Assembly: GCA_016213675.1 (NCBI GenBank)
Contig: JACQZW010000034.1
Location: 143,403 to 207,402, forward strand
Length of the DNA stretch: 64,000 nt
Direction of reading: 5' to 3'
Origin: Acidobacteriota bacterium
GTDB lineage: Bacteria > Acidobacteriota > Thermoanaerobaculia > Thermoanaerobaculales > Thermoanaerobaculaceae
The notes beneath the pieces are model-generated. The model was not told the origin of the DNA. It made no database searches and saw nothing but the letters and a program-made list of their open reading frames with translations. The position numbers and the translations under genes were made by a program. Each line of letters begins with the position of its first letter. Position 1 is the stretch's first letter. This document shows, piece by piece, positions 18,712 through 28,040 of the stretch.

Positions 18712-20073
18712 ATGAGCGCCATGATCCGACGAGTTGTGGCCGCTGTTCTCTTGACCCTGGCGTCGGCGGCGTGGGCCCAACAACCGTCACGGCTCCCGCA
18801 CCGGGTCTGGCTATCCTCGGGGGTTCCCGCGGCCGACGTGCTCGCCGAGCTGCGGAGCGCCGGGATCGACGAATTGGCCGTCCCGGTCGGTGACGCAGAG
18901 CTCGGGGAGACCACGACGCGATTCACGATGCGACCGATGCCCGACCTCAAGCCGCTGGCCGGCTGGTCGGTCACCGCGCTCGTGTGGGTCAACGGCCAGG
19001 GCAAGGACGTCGGAGACGCGGAGCAGTTCTGGACCCAGTTCGCGCCGACTCTGCGCATGCTGCCGGGCAAGGGGTCGCTGCTCCTGGTCGCGCGACAGTA
19101 TTTCGAGGGTCTCTCCCGGTTTGCCGCCGCCGTCGCGGCGGAATCTGGTCAGTCGGTCGGATTGGCCCTGTCTGCCCAAGAGTTGGCCGCACACCTGCCG
19201 GTCGGCGGTTGGCCGGGCATCGAGTTGGTGCCGGTCGCGTTCGGCAACCCGCAGGCGTTCGGGTTTCCCCCCTCCACGATCCATGACGACGTGACGGCGC
19301 TCGACGAGATCGACCAACGGGGAACGCCGTATCGCCCGGCCATCGTGGTGGGATGGCGTGCCACCCCGGCACCGGGCCCGCAGCCCGTCTCTCTGTCGTT
19401 GATCACTCGCGGCAACGTGGCGACCTATACCCCCGGAGCGCGTGGCGACGTTTTCGCCCTCAAGCTTCCCGTCGACTGGGGTGGCAGCCGACTCGACGTG
19501 GGGCAGACGGTCGAGGTCGAGGTCGTCGAGACGGCCCGCTACCACCGGGATCTCGGGCTCGTGCTGCGGCCGACGCGGGCGAATCTGGTCGGGTGGGACA
19601 CCGTCTCGCTCCCTTCCGGCGAGCCTGCTCTCGGGATGAGCCGTGAGGCCTTCCTCGACTATCTGCGCGGCGGCATGCCGTACCCGACTCCGGACGTGGA
19701 GTTGGCGGTCAACGGCACCATCGTGTCCGTGGGCCTGCGAAACCCGTCGCCGCACGCCAGCGCCATCGCCACGACGGGGAACTGGGTCGAACTGCACTAC
19801 TCGGGCACCGGGGTGCGCGACATTGAGCTCGGCGAGTTCTCGGGGGTGCAGTTCGGTCGGCTCGAGGGAGGCGTCTTCAAGGAGATCGTGGCCCGCGACG
19901 CGACCCTGGTGCGCCTGTACCTCCCCTACGTGGCGCCGCGCAGTCGGGTCAGCGGCGGGGCCGTGGCGTTCCTCTCCGGACCTCGCACCCTGGCGGTACG
20001 TTGGGGTCTACGACTCGGGGACGGCAGCGTGGTGAGCGGACCTCTCGAATCGCGCGACGTCAGGACGCGGTGA
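18712..20073 (+). CDS. Secreted hypothetical protein (signal peptide, no recognised domain)
   Basis: N-terminal signal peptide MIRRVVAAVLLTLASAAWAQQ with good GC3 bias. It converges with and overlaps the 3' end of the downstream minus-strand gene by about 14 nt. Confidence 0.6.
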   Translation: MSAMIRRVVAAVLLTLASAAWAQQPSRLPHRVWLSSGVPAADVLAELRSAGIDELAVPVGDAELGETTTRFTMRPMPDLKPLAGWSVTALVWVNGQGKDVGDAEQFWTQFAPTLRMLPGKGSLLLVARQYFEGLSRFAAAVAAESGQSVGLALSAQELAAHLPVGGWPGIELVPVAFGNPQAFGFPPSTIHDDVTALDEIDQRGTPYRPAIVVGWRATPAPGPQPVSLSLITRGNVATYTPGARGDVFALKLPVDWGGSRLDVGQTVEVEVVETARYHRDLGLVLRPTRANLVGWDTVSLPSGEPALGMSREAFLDYLRGGMPYPTPDVELAVNGTIVSVGLRNPSPHASAIATTGNWVELHYSGTGVRDIELGEFSGVQFGRLEGGVFKEIVARDATLVRLYLPYVAPRSRVSGGAVAFLSGPRTLAVRWGLRLGDGSVVSGPLESRDVRTR

Positions 20074-20998
20074 TCGCGTCGATGGCTGCGATCACTCCAG
20101 CGACGGTGCCGATGCGGTGTCCGTCGGCCACCACCCACGCGGACACCCACTCACCGCTGCACGAGAGGTCGGAACAGCGGACGTGGTCGTGATCGACGGC
20201 TTCTGAGGGGCACAGTCGCTCGTGCGGGCGCGCCAGCCGGACGATGCCTCCCTCACGGAACAACGAGCGCACGGCTGAGACCCGGACGCGCGACCCGCAG
20301 CGGACCTGGACGACAGCGGCGTGGCCGAGGAAGACTCCGGCATCCAATGACTGAATCCGAACCGACAGCTCGGGGAACAGACGGCTGAACTGAGCGGCCA
20401 ATTGGTCCCGGTGTCCGGCCGCGGACGGAGCCAGGTCGAACGCGAGGATCCCCGGCAGCAGTCGGGGCCGTTTCGGTTGCGCCCCGGAGAGACGCGCCAC
20501 GCCCTGCGCCGCGAGCTCCTCGAGTGCCTCGCCGCCGAAACCCGAGACGGGGTTGATGAGCGTGATCTGACACTCCCTCGGCTCGAGCTCCGCCAGAGCG
20601 GCGACGAACGCCGCGGGTCCGGCGAGTGCCGGATCAGCGAGGTGATAGCGGTGCGCCCCGCGTGCACCCACTGGGCGCTCGGGGTCTTCGAGGCCGAGGC
20701 CGGTGACGCTCGCGTCGACCACGGTGACCTCGGGGTGGCTGCGCAGCCATTCGACCAAAGCTACCGCGACCGCCGGTGCCGGAGCCGTCGTCACGATGAC
20801 CGCGGTCGAGCCCGCAAGCTCGTCGAAATCGGTGAGGGGAGGAACCAGCGCGGCCTCGCCCGCGACCTCGGCGATCGATACCTCCGGGTCGCCGGTGGTG
20901 TGGGAGTAGGAACGGCGCGCGGTCGGGAACACCTCGGCGACGCGCTCGGCGACGTCCCGCCCGACCAGCGAGGCGGGGTCAAGGATTCTCAGGATGAG
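20060..20998 (-). CDS. Aspartate-semialdehyde dehydrogenase-like (semialdehyde DH fold) protein; start codon unresolved
   Basis: The C-terminal region resembles the Asd/ArgC dimerisation domain (VQVRCGSRVRVSAV ... VVADGHRIGTVAGVIAAIDAI) and the N-terminus is Rossmann-like (ILRILDPASLVGRDV). No in-frame ATG/GTG/TTG lies between the pssA stop (20979) and the conserved region, and the ORF-table M at 21145 would overlap pssA by 166 nt. The start is therefore uncertain. Confidence 0.4.
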   Translation of the reverse strand, partial: LILRILDPASLVGRDVAERVAEVFPTARRSYSHTTGDPEVSIAEVAGEAALVPPLTDFDELAGSTAVIVTTAPAPAVAVALVEWLRSHPEVTVVDASVTGLGLEDPERPVGARGAHRYHLADPALAGPAAFVAALAELEPRECQITLINPVSGFGGEALEELAAQGVARLSGAQPKRPRLLPGILAFDLAPSAAGHRDQLAAQFSRLFPELSVRIQSLDAGVFLGHAAVVQVRCGSRVRVSAVRSLFREGGIVRLARPHERLCPSEAVDHDHVRCSDLSCSGEWVSAWVVADGHRIGTVAGVIAAIDAITAS

Positions 20999-21800
20999 CG
21001 GGGGCAGAGGGCACCTCGGCAGATGAAAGTGGCGGTGGGTTGGGCTTCTTGGCAAAGCGGCGAACGGCGTACTCGACCGGCCCGGCCACGAGGTAAATCC
21101 CCAGCGCGAGTGCCATGGTCGGGAACCACGCGACAGCGACACCACCGACCACGAGGGCGATGAAGAAGAAGGTGGTGGCGGGCCAGCGGCGTCGCAAGTT
21201 GAAGTCCTTGAACGACCGATAGGGGACCGTCGAGACCATCAACACCGAGATCAGCAGCACGAACCCCCAGACGGCGTACGTGAGCCGCGCGTCGAGGACC
21301 GGGTCGGGGTCGCACAGGACCATCAGGGTCAGGGCTCCGGCACCACCTGGGATCGGCAGGCCGGTGAAGTAGCGACGGTCGCCATGGGCGGACTTGACGT
21401 TGAAACGGGCGAGCCGCACCGATCCGGCCACCACGAAGAGGAACGCCACCAGCCAGCCCCACCGGCCCATCCCGCGCAAGCCCCACTGGTAGGCCAGGAT
21501 CGCCGGCGCGACTCCGAAGCTCACCACGTCGGCCAGCGAGTCGTACTCCTTGCCGAACTCCGATGTGGAGTTGGTCAGCCGGGCGATGCGGCCGTCCAAG
21601 CCGTCCAGGATGCCGGCCAGGATGATGAGCATCCCCGCCAGCTCCAAGCGGCCCTCGATTGCGTGCAGGACCGCGGCGAATCCCGCCAGCATGTTCCCGA
21701 CGGTGAACAGGGATGGGATGACGTAGATGCCGCGGCGGAGCTGCTCGGGGCCGGGGTGGCGGGGCCGGGGTCGGCGAGGCCGGCGCTCACGGAGGCTCAC
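20979..21800 (-). CDS. pssA: CDP-diacylglycerol--serine O-phosphatidyltransferase (CDP-alcohol phosphatidyltransferase family)
   Basis: CDP-OH transferase motif DGLDGRIARLTNSTSEFGKEYDSLADVVS with multiple TM helices. Its start overlaps the psd stop by 4 nt. Confidence 0.85.
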   Translation of the reverse strand: MSLRERRPRRPRPRHPGPEQLRRGIYVIPSLFTVGNMLAGFAAVLHAIEGRLELAGMLIILAGILDGLDGRIARLTNSTSEFGKEYDSLADVVSFGVAPAILAYQWGLRGMGRWGWLVAFLFVVAGSVRLARFNVKSAHGDRRYFTGLPIPGGAGALTLMVLCDPDPVLDARLTYAVWGFVLLISVLMVSTVPYRSFKDFNLRRRWPATTFFFIALVVGGVAVAWFPTMALALGIYLVAGPVEYAVRRFAKKPNPPPLSSAEVPSAPAHPENP

Positions 21801-22462
21801 GGTTCGTCCACCCCACCCATCGTCGCTACCACGGTGACCCCCGCCCGGGTGCGCATCCCCGGCTCCACGGCGACCGCCGCGGAGGCAGGAAGGAAGAGAT
21901 CGACGCGCGAGCTGAACTTGATGATCCCCACGCGTTGGCCGCGCGCGACCGTGTCACCGGCCGAGAGGTCACAGACGACGCGGCGAGCGATCGAGCCGGC
22001 GATCTGCTTGTAGGCCAGCGTGCCCAGGGGCCCGTCGATGACGACGAAGCTGTGCTCGTTGAGCTCTGACGCCTTGTCCCTGAACGCCGGCAGCTTCTTG
22101 CCACGCGAGTAGCGCGCCTCGCAGACCTTGCCGGCGATCGGGGCGCGGTTGACGTGGACGTTGGCAGGCGACATGAAGATCGACACCTGGATCGGCATGC
22201 CCATTCCGGCCACGGCAGCGGGAGCAGGCCCCACGGACAGGACCTTCCCGTCGGCCGGGGCGAGGACCGCCCCGGGAGGGGCGTCGGAGTGTCGGGCCGG
22301 GTCCCGGAAGAACGAGATGCAGAACAGGGCCACGAGCCACAGGAGCACGGCGACTGTCGGATAGCCGAAGGTCCAGGCAAAAATCCCGGCGATGGCCGGG
22401 ATCAGGACGAACGGGTACCCCTCTGGGGCAAGGGGAAGCATCGCAGGGCGATCAGGAGGCAC
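21797..22462 (-). CDS. psd: Phosphatidylserine decarboxylase-related protein (short archaeal-type Psd)
   Basis: 221 aa with two N-terminal TM helices and a Psd-like C-terminus (FMSPANVHVNRAPIAGKV ... GQRVGIIKFSSRVDLFLP, with a GS-type cleavage region). Directly upstream of pssA. Confidence 0.75.
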   Translation of the reverse strand: MPPDRPAMLPLAPEGYPFVLIPAIAGIFAWTFGYPTVAVLLWLVALFCISFFRDPARHSDAPPGAVLAPADGKVLSVGPAPAAVAGMGMPIQVSIFMSPANVHVNRAPIAGKVCEARYSRGKKLPAFRDKASELNEHSFVVIDGPLGTLAYKQIAGSIARRVVCDLSAGDTVARGQRVGIIKFSSRVDLFLPASAAVAVEPGMRTRAGVTVVATMGGVDEP

Positions 22463-22670
22463 GGAGGCGTAGCATGCTCTCCATCTTGTCCTTGAGTTGG
22501 AGCTTCTCCTTCTTCAAACGTTTCTCCTCCTGCTCTTCCTCGGAGGTCAGCCAACCCTTCTGGGACAGCTCCTTGAGCCGGTTGTCACGGGCTTGGTGCT
22601 CTTCGAGGAGACGGCGGAACTCCGGGTTCTGCTGCGCCAACTGCTCGCGCAGTTCCTGTGTGGAGCTCAT
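22452..22670 (-). CDS. DUF465/YdcH-family small coiled-coil protein
   Basis: MSSTQELREQLAQQNPEFRRLLEEHQARDNRLKELSQKGWLTSEEEQEEKRLKKEKLQLKDKM is the characteristic YdcH pattern. ORF trimmed to M19. Confidence 0.7.
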   Translation of the reverse strand: MSSTQELREQLAQQNPEFRRLLEEHQARDNRLKELSQKGWLTSEEEQEEKRLKKEKLQLKDKMESMLRLRAS

Positions 22671-22736
22671 TGACACCTCCCGGGATTTGCATGGCGAGGG
22701 CGCATCCCAGCAGAATGCTACCACAGGAGGTCGGCG

Positions 22737-23222
22737 GTGACCGAGGTGATCTTCGCCTGCGACGCGATGCTCGGTTCGCTCGCTCGCTGGCTGCGCCTCG
22801 CGGGTTTCGATACCCGCTTCGATCCCGGTTTGTCGGACCCGGAACTGAGTGCGCTGGCAAGGCAGGAAGGACGGTGGCTCGTCACGTGCGACCGCCGGCT
22901 CGCGGCGGGCGCCGGGCCGCGCGCCATTCTCCTCGGCCAGGGACCGGTCGCCGAGCAGGTCTTCGAGCTCCGTCGCCGGCTTCCGGTCTCGGTCGAAGCA
23001 GCGCGCTTCCTCTCTCGCTGCTCACGGTGCAACGGGGCGCTGCGTGTCGTGGCTCGGGAGGAGGTTGCCGGGTCGGTTCCGCCGTACGTCGCGGTGCACG
23101 CGCCCGGCTTCAAGGTGTGCGGAGGATGCGGCAGGATCTACTGGCCGGGGACGCACACGGAGCGCATCGTGCGGAAGCTGTGGGAGTTGTTCGGCGCCGA
23201 CTCGCGGCTCACGGAGCGGTGA
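22737..23222 (+). CDS. Mut7-C RNase-domain / DUF5615-type PIN-like protein (COG1656)
   Basis: N-terminal (FACDAMLGSLARWLRLAGFD) and C-terminal zinc-ribbon-like (CSRCNG...CGGCGRIYWPGTH) features of the Mut7-C family. Confidence 0.65.
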   Translation: MTEVIFACDAMLGSLARWLRLAGFDTRFDPGLSDPELSALARQEGRWLVTCDRRLAAGAGPRAILLGQGPVAEQVFELRRRLPVSVEAARFLSRCSRCNGALRVVAREEVAGSVPPYVAVHAPGFKVCGGCGRIYWPGTHTERIVRKLWELFGADSRLTER

Positions 23223-24345
23223 GGACCAGCGCGATGGCGGACCCGCCACCGGCCTGACCGACCACGAGCGCGCTGCGCGGCGCGCTCGTCGGGAGTGGAG
23301 AGGCAAGGTCAGCAAGGTGTTCGGGGACGCCCCAGGCGAGTGACGCCCGGCCGGAGACCAGGAGCGCCGCGATCACGGCCCGTGCCGCTCCGCCGAACGC
23401 CCCGTCGCCCAGTCGCTCGGTGACTGCGACCGCAGCGGGTCGGCCCGCACGGAACAACTCCTGCCAGACATCCCGCTCGATCCGGGCGAGGGCGGGAATG
23501 CCGTTCGAGCAACTGACGACGAGGTCGATCTCGTCCGCCTTCATCGCGGCGGACTCGAGGGCCTGCCGGCAGGCACGCAGGAGTGCCCCACCGGTCCCGG
23601 GGTAGAGGTGAGGGGGAGCAACGGCGCTCGAGGACCCGGCGCCGAGGATCCGGGCGTACGGGTTGGGTCCCCCTTCGATGCCGAGCAGGAGGACCCCGGC
23701 GCCCTCGCCCATGACCATCCCCGGGCTCCCGGCCCGGCGCAGGCTGCCGAGCCGTTCGAACCCTTCGGCATTGAGCCACTGTGCCTCGTCGACGCCAGCG
23801 GCGAGGACCGCATCCGCGCGACCGTGGGTCAGTAGGCGAGCCGCCTCGCTGATCGCCCGAAGCCCGCCGACCTGTTTCTCCGCAAAGGTGACGTTGGGTC
23901 CGCCGAGCTTCTCAAGGAGGGCGAGCTGAGAGGCGGGCGCGTTGGCCACGGTGGACGGGAACTGCATCGGGGGCGCCTCGTCCGGCGACGCCAGGAAGAC
24001 CACGCGGAGCACTTCGAAGAGCGCCTCTGTACCGGCGGTCCAGGTGCCTGCCGTGACCCCGATCCGGTCGCGATCCGAGGGGAGGGTTCCGCCACCGGCG
24101 AGCGCTTCGCGGGCGGCGACGGCGAGCAGGCGTGCGGGCCGGTCGAGTCGGCGTGCGACCAACGGTGGCAGGTGGTCCTTGGCGGAGAAGTCGTGGCACG
24201 TGACGACTGCGAGCGGCGGAGCATCGGGCCGGTCCAGGCCGATCCGCGGCTGCCAGGCCGGATCGGCCAGCGCGCTGCACAGTCGCTCGACACCGGTGCC
24301 GGCTCCGGAGACGATACCGATCGAGCGGACGAACACGGCGCTCAC
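23209..24345 (-). CDS. Ketosynthase-like protein lacking the catalytic Cys (chain-length-factor / KS-beta-like partner)
   Basis: Thiolase-fold similarity (GMVMGEGAGVLLLG, C-terminal GGSAIALVL), but no TACSS active-site motif at the expected position. GTG start at 24345 overlaps the upstream KS stop (GTGA). The ORF-table 512-aa version is an upstream extension. Confidence 0.65.
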   Translation of the reverse strand: MSAVFVRSIGIVSGAGTGVERLCSALADPAWQPRIGLDRPDAPPLAVVTCHDFSAKDHLPPLVARRLDRPARLLAVAAREALAGGGTLPSDRDRIGVTAGTWTAGTEALFEVLRVVFLASPDEAPPMQFPSTVANAPASQLALLEKLGGPNVTFAEKQVGGLRAISEAARLLTHGRADAVLAAGVDEAQWLNAEGFERLGSLRRAGSPGMVMGEGAGVLLLGIEGGPNPYARILGAGSSSAVAPPHLYPGTGGALLRACRQALESAAMKADEIDLVVSCSNGIPALARIERDVWQELFRAGRPAAVAVTERLGDGAFGGAARAVIAALLVSGRASLAWGVPEHLADLASPLPTSAPRSALVVGQAGGGSAIALVLTAP

Positions 24346-25550
24346 CGCACGGCCTCCAGCGCGATCGCCGCCGAGTTTCCGCCGAAGGCGAACGAGCAGG
24401 ACAACGCGGTCCGGATGCGCACCTGCCGGCCGCGGGCGGCGACCGGATCGATCGGGCATGCGGGGTCGGCCTCGGCAAACCCGACCGTGGGCGGCGCAGT
24501 CTGCCGGGAGATGGCGAGAGCCGTGATGGCCGCCTCGATACCTCCGGCCCCGCACAGGCAGTGGCCGAGCGCGCCCTTCACCGTGGAGACCGGCATCTGG
24601 GCCAGGCGCGCGCCGAACACCCTGGCGTAGGCGGCACACTCGGCCGGGTCGGTCTGCTCCGTCGCGGTGCCGTGCGCGTTGATGTAGTCGATGGCTTCGG
24701 GAGTGACGCCGCCATCGGCGAGAGCGGCGCGGACGGTCCGCTCCCACGCAGCGCCCGTCGGCTCAGGCTGGGTCATGTGGAAGGCGTCGTTGGTGACTCC
24801 GTAGCCCCGGACCGCAGCGTAGGCCCGCGCGCCGCGAGCCCGTGCACGATCGGCGCGCTCGAGCACCAACACGGCCGCTCCCTCACCGAGCGAGAGCCCT
24901 TTGCGGCGACGGTCGAACGGCTTGCAGGGCTCGGAATCGACTGCACGGAGAGAGTTGAAGCCGGCGAACGTGAGCCTGCACAGCGCATCGGAGCCCCCGG
25001 CCAGGGCGACGTCGACCTCGCCCTCGCGGACCATCTCGGCCGCACGGCCGACCGCGATCGTCGAGGACGAGCACGCCGTGGTCACGGTGAGGCGGGGTCC
25101 GATCAGGGAGAAGGCAGCGGCGACCCGATCGGCGGGAGCATCCTGCGGAACCTCGAGGAACGTCCCCAAACCGCGCGCTCGGGGGCCGTGGCGCAGGCGG
25201 CGGGCCACGAAGTCCTCGGCCTCGAACAGCCCGGCAGTTCCACCGCCGAACACCAGTCCCCACGGGAGCTCCCCGCTTGCCCGCAGACCGGCGTCGTCAA
25301 TCGCTTCCCGGGCGGCGAGCAGCGCGAAGTGGGTGGCACGGGTCGAGTGCCTGGGGAGCAAGCCCGGCTGAGGGTCGGGGAGACTCGCCACGTCGACCTG
25401 AGCGGCCAGCGTCGTCCGGAAGCCGGTCGTATCGAACAGCGTGATCGGGCGAATCCCCGTCTCGCCCGCAGTCAGCCGCCGCCAGGTTGTCTCCCGGTCG
25501 GGACCAAGCGCGGTGAGAAGCCCGATCCCGGTGATCCACACGTCGTCCAT
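24342..25550 (-). CDS. Beta-ketoacyl-ACP synthase II-like condensing enzyme (FabF/KS-alpha type)
   Basis: Active-site motifs TACSSS, HGTATEQTD and GHCLCGAGG, with a C-terminal FAFGGNSAA. Confidence 0.85.
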   Translation of the reverse strand: MDDVWITGIGLLTALGPDRETTWRRLTAGETGIRPITLFDTTGFRTTLAAQVDVASLPDPQPGLLPRHSTRATHFALLAAREAIDDAGLRASGELPWGLVFGGGTAGLFEAEDFVARRLRHGPRARGLGTFLEVPQDAPADRVAAAFSLIGPRLTVTTACSSSTIAVGRAAEMVREGEVDVALAGGSDALCRLTFAGFNSLRAVDSEPCKPFDRRRKGLSLGEGAAVLVLERADRARARGARAYAAVRGYGVTNDAFHMTQPEPTGAAWERTVRAALADGGVTPEAIDYINAHGTATEQTDPAECAAYARVFGARLAQMPVSTVKGALGHCLCGAGGIEAAITALAISRQTAPPTVGFAEADPACPIDPVAARGRQVRIRTALSCSFAFGGNSAAIALEAVR

Positions 25551-25933
25551 CTCGGCGGAGTATAGCCGACGGGCATCCGCCGCAGGGCGACCCCGGGGAC
25601 GTCGCTCGTGAACGCATTCTGCCCGCCGCGCTGCTCGATTGGCGTGCTCAGGCGAGGGTGCCGTTCATCGTCGACTGACAGCCAGGCCCGGGTCTGCGCC
25701 GGAAGCGTCGGGAGCAAGAACGTGCCGGGATTCTCGGTGCCGGGCTCGAAGACGGGCGTGGCATTGCCCGTCCAGGGGCTTTCGTGTATCGTCGAGAGCG
25801 CGCGTGAAGGTACGGGGTGTGGCGAGGGCAGGGCGTGTAGCCCGGGTGGAACCATGGCGGGCGTGATGGGGAGCCTCTCGGGTAGCCTGGGCGAGCGGCC
25901 CCCGGACGGCTGGAACCGCGCAGGAGTGCGACC

Positions 25934-26569
25934 GTGTCCAGGGAACTCATCGAAGCTGTTCAAAAAGGCGACGTTCACCAGATTCAACGACTGATCGACG
26001 GTGGCGCCGACCCGCGCACGGTCGACAGCGATGGGAACTCGCCGCTCATGGCCGCCGCGGCAGCGGGTCAGTTCTCGGCCGTCAAGACCCTGTTGACCAA
26101 CGGCGCCGACGTCAACGTCGCGAACAAGAACAGGATGACCGCACTGCACTTCGCCTCGGCGATGCGGCACGAAGACATGGTGAAGCTGTTGCTTGCTCGC
26201 GGTGGCGTGGTCAACGCGGCCAACGACGAGGGCTTCACGGCACTGATGATAGCGGCAAGAGCCGGGCTTGCCGGCGCCGTTCAGTGCCTGTTGGAGGGCC
26301 GCGCCGACGTCAATGCGGCCAACCGCGAAGGGATCACATCCCTCATGCAGGCTGCCAGGGGGCACTATCTGACGGTCGTGAAGCTGCTGATCGACAACGG
26401 TGCCGACCCCCGCCTGCGCGACCACTTCGGCCGCCGGGCGGTGCAGTACGCCTTCGAGAAGGGCAACCCTCCCGCCGTGCTGCTCCGGTTGCTCAAGCCG
26501 GACGACACCACCGGGAAGCAGAAATCGGCCGCCGCCTCCCGCCCGTGGTGGCGTTTCTGGGGGCGCTGA
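25934..26569 (+). CDS. Ankyrin-repeat protein
   Basis: At least five ANK repeats ([36 protein letters not shown]...[23 protein letters not shown]...[15 protein letters not shown]...IDNGADP). Confidence 0.85.
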   Translation: MSRELIEAVQKGDVHQIQRLIDGGADPRTVDSDGNSPLMAAAAAGQFSAVKTLLTNGADVNVANKNRMTALHFASAMRHEDMVKLLLARGGVVNAANDEGFTALMIAARAGLAGAVQCLLEGRADVNAANREGITSLMQAARGHYLTVVKLLIDNGADPRLRDHFGRRAVQYAFEKGNPPAVLLRLLKPDDTTGKQKSAAASRPWWRFWGR

Positions 26570-26702
26570 GGTCCGCGGTCCCATCGCGCAGTCCTGGAAG
26601 CCCATCGAACACCGAAAGCCCGCGACGTTGGGCGGCGGCCTGCCGGAATTGAACGGCAACGTGCGCTATCCTGGAATCGCTCGATATCAAGGAGGTGCAC
26701 CC

Positions 26703-27116
26703 GTGCTCAAGGAGTTCAAGGAGTTCGCCGTCAAGGGCAACGTCATGGACATGGCCGTGGGCATCATCATCGGTGGGGCCTTCGGCAAGATCGTCGGTTC
26801 GCTGGTCAACGACGTCATCATGCCGCCGATCGGGCGACTGCTCGGGAAGGTCGACTTCACCAATCTGTACATCAACCTGACCGGAGGCGAGTTCACCTCC
26901 CTCGTCGAGGCCAAGAAGGCCGGTGCGGCCACGCTCAACTATGGAGTGTTCCTCAACACGGTGATCGAGTTCGTGATCGTCGCCTTCGCCGTGTTCCTGC
27001 TCGTCAAGCAGGTGAACCGCTTCCGGCGCGAGCCGGCGCCGGCCGCACCGCCGGAGCCGACGCCGACCGAGAAACTGCTCGGCGAGATCCGCGACACGCT
27101 CAAGGCGCGCACCTAG
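26703..27116 (+). CDS. mscL: Large-conductance mechanosensitive channel MscL
   Basis: [44 protein letters not shown] is near-canonical MscL. GTG start with an AAGGAGG Shine-Dalgarno 7 nt upstream. Confidence 0.9.
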   Translation: MLKEFKEFAVKGNVMDMAVGIIIGGAFGKIVGSLVNDVIMPPIGRLLGKVDFTNLYINLTGGEFTSLVEAKKAGAATLNYGVFLNTVIEFVIVAFAVFLLVKQVNRFRREPAPAAPPEPTPTEKLLGEIRDTLKART

Positions 27117-27192
27117 TACTGTTCCCAGATCGCGTGTGCCGTCGGCATCGAGGGTAGACCACGCCGCGACAGGCCGACCACAGGAGGACGTG

Positions 27193-27909
27193 ATGGTGAG
27201 AAGAACGTTCGTCGCCGCTGCCGTTGCCGCACTCATCGCGACTGCGGTATTTGCCGAGGAGCCGCCGCCGAAGTTCACCCTCGGTCTGGCCTACCTCGCG
27301 ACTTCGGGCAACTCGGACAGCAGCACCGGCGGTCTCGACGTCAAGTACAAGGACGCCTTCGGCGCCTGGGGGTTGGAGCTCACCGGCGCGTACCTGCGCG
27401 CCGAGCAGGACGGCGAACTCACGGCCGAGCGCCTGTTCGCCGGGATCCGAGGGACCCGCTCGATCAGCGAGCACTGGCAAGCGTTCGCGGGTGCGAGCTA
27501 CCTTCAGGACAAGTTCGCCGGACTCGATGCGCGATACGTGGTGGAGGCAGGGGCGACCTACACAATGCTCAAGGGCGTACCACACGAGCTGGCCTTCGAC
27601 CTCGGTGCGGCCTGGAACAGCGACGAGCTGGTCGATGGGACGAGCGACTCGTACGTGAGTGGCCTCGCAGCGCTCAGGTATGCCTGGACGATCAGCGACT
27701 CCGCGAAGCTCACCGAGCGACTGGCGTTCTTCCCGAGCTTCGCGGACAGCAACGACTACCGGATCGAGTCCGACCTCGCGATCCAGGCCGCCATCGCCAA
27801 GCACCTCGCGCTCAAGTTCGGCTACGGCGTCCGCTTCGACAATCAGCCGGTGCCCGGCTTCAGCGAGACCGACACGGTGACGTCGGTTTCGCTGGTCTTG
27901 AGCTACTGA
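27193..27909 (+). CDS. DUF481-family outer-membrane beta-barrel protein (YdiY-like)
   Basis: Signal peptide (MVRRTFVAAAVAALIATAVFA), alternating beta-strand pattern, and a C-terminal aromatic residue (...VSLVLSY), as in DUF481 proteins. Confidence 0.6.
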   Translation: MVRRTFVAAAVAALIATAVFAEEPPPKFTLGLAYLATSGNSDSSTGGLDVKYKDAFGAWGLELTGAYLRAEQDGELTAERLFAGIRGTRSISEHWQAFAGASYLQDKFAGLDARYVVEAGATYTMLKGVPHELAFDLGAAWNSDELVDGTSDSYVSGLAALRYAWTISDSAKLTERLAFFPSFADSNDYRIESDLAIQAAIAKHLALKFGYGVRFDNQPVPGFSETDTVTSVSLVLSY

Positions 27910-28040
27910 GACGGGAGTCGCTCTTCTTCAATGAGCCCGGAGTGCAGGAAACCCTCGCAACCGTGGTCCACACGGCAGGGCTCCAAGCGTCCGGGGGATT
28001 CCGCCTCGCTGGGGCAGGGTGAGCGCGAGGGCTCGCTCTG

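Noticed and set aside
25608-25994. 128-aa plus-strand ORF and 100-aa minus-strand ORF (25648-25950) in the large intergenic region
   Set aside because: No coding periodicity and no conserved motifs. Both overlap the start of the ankyrin gene.
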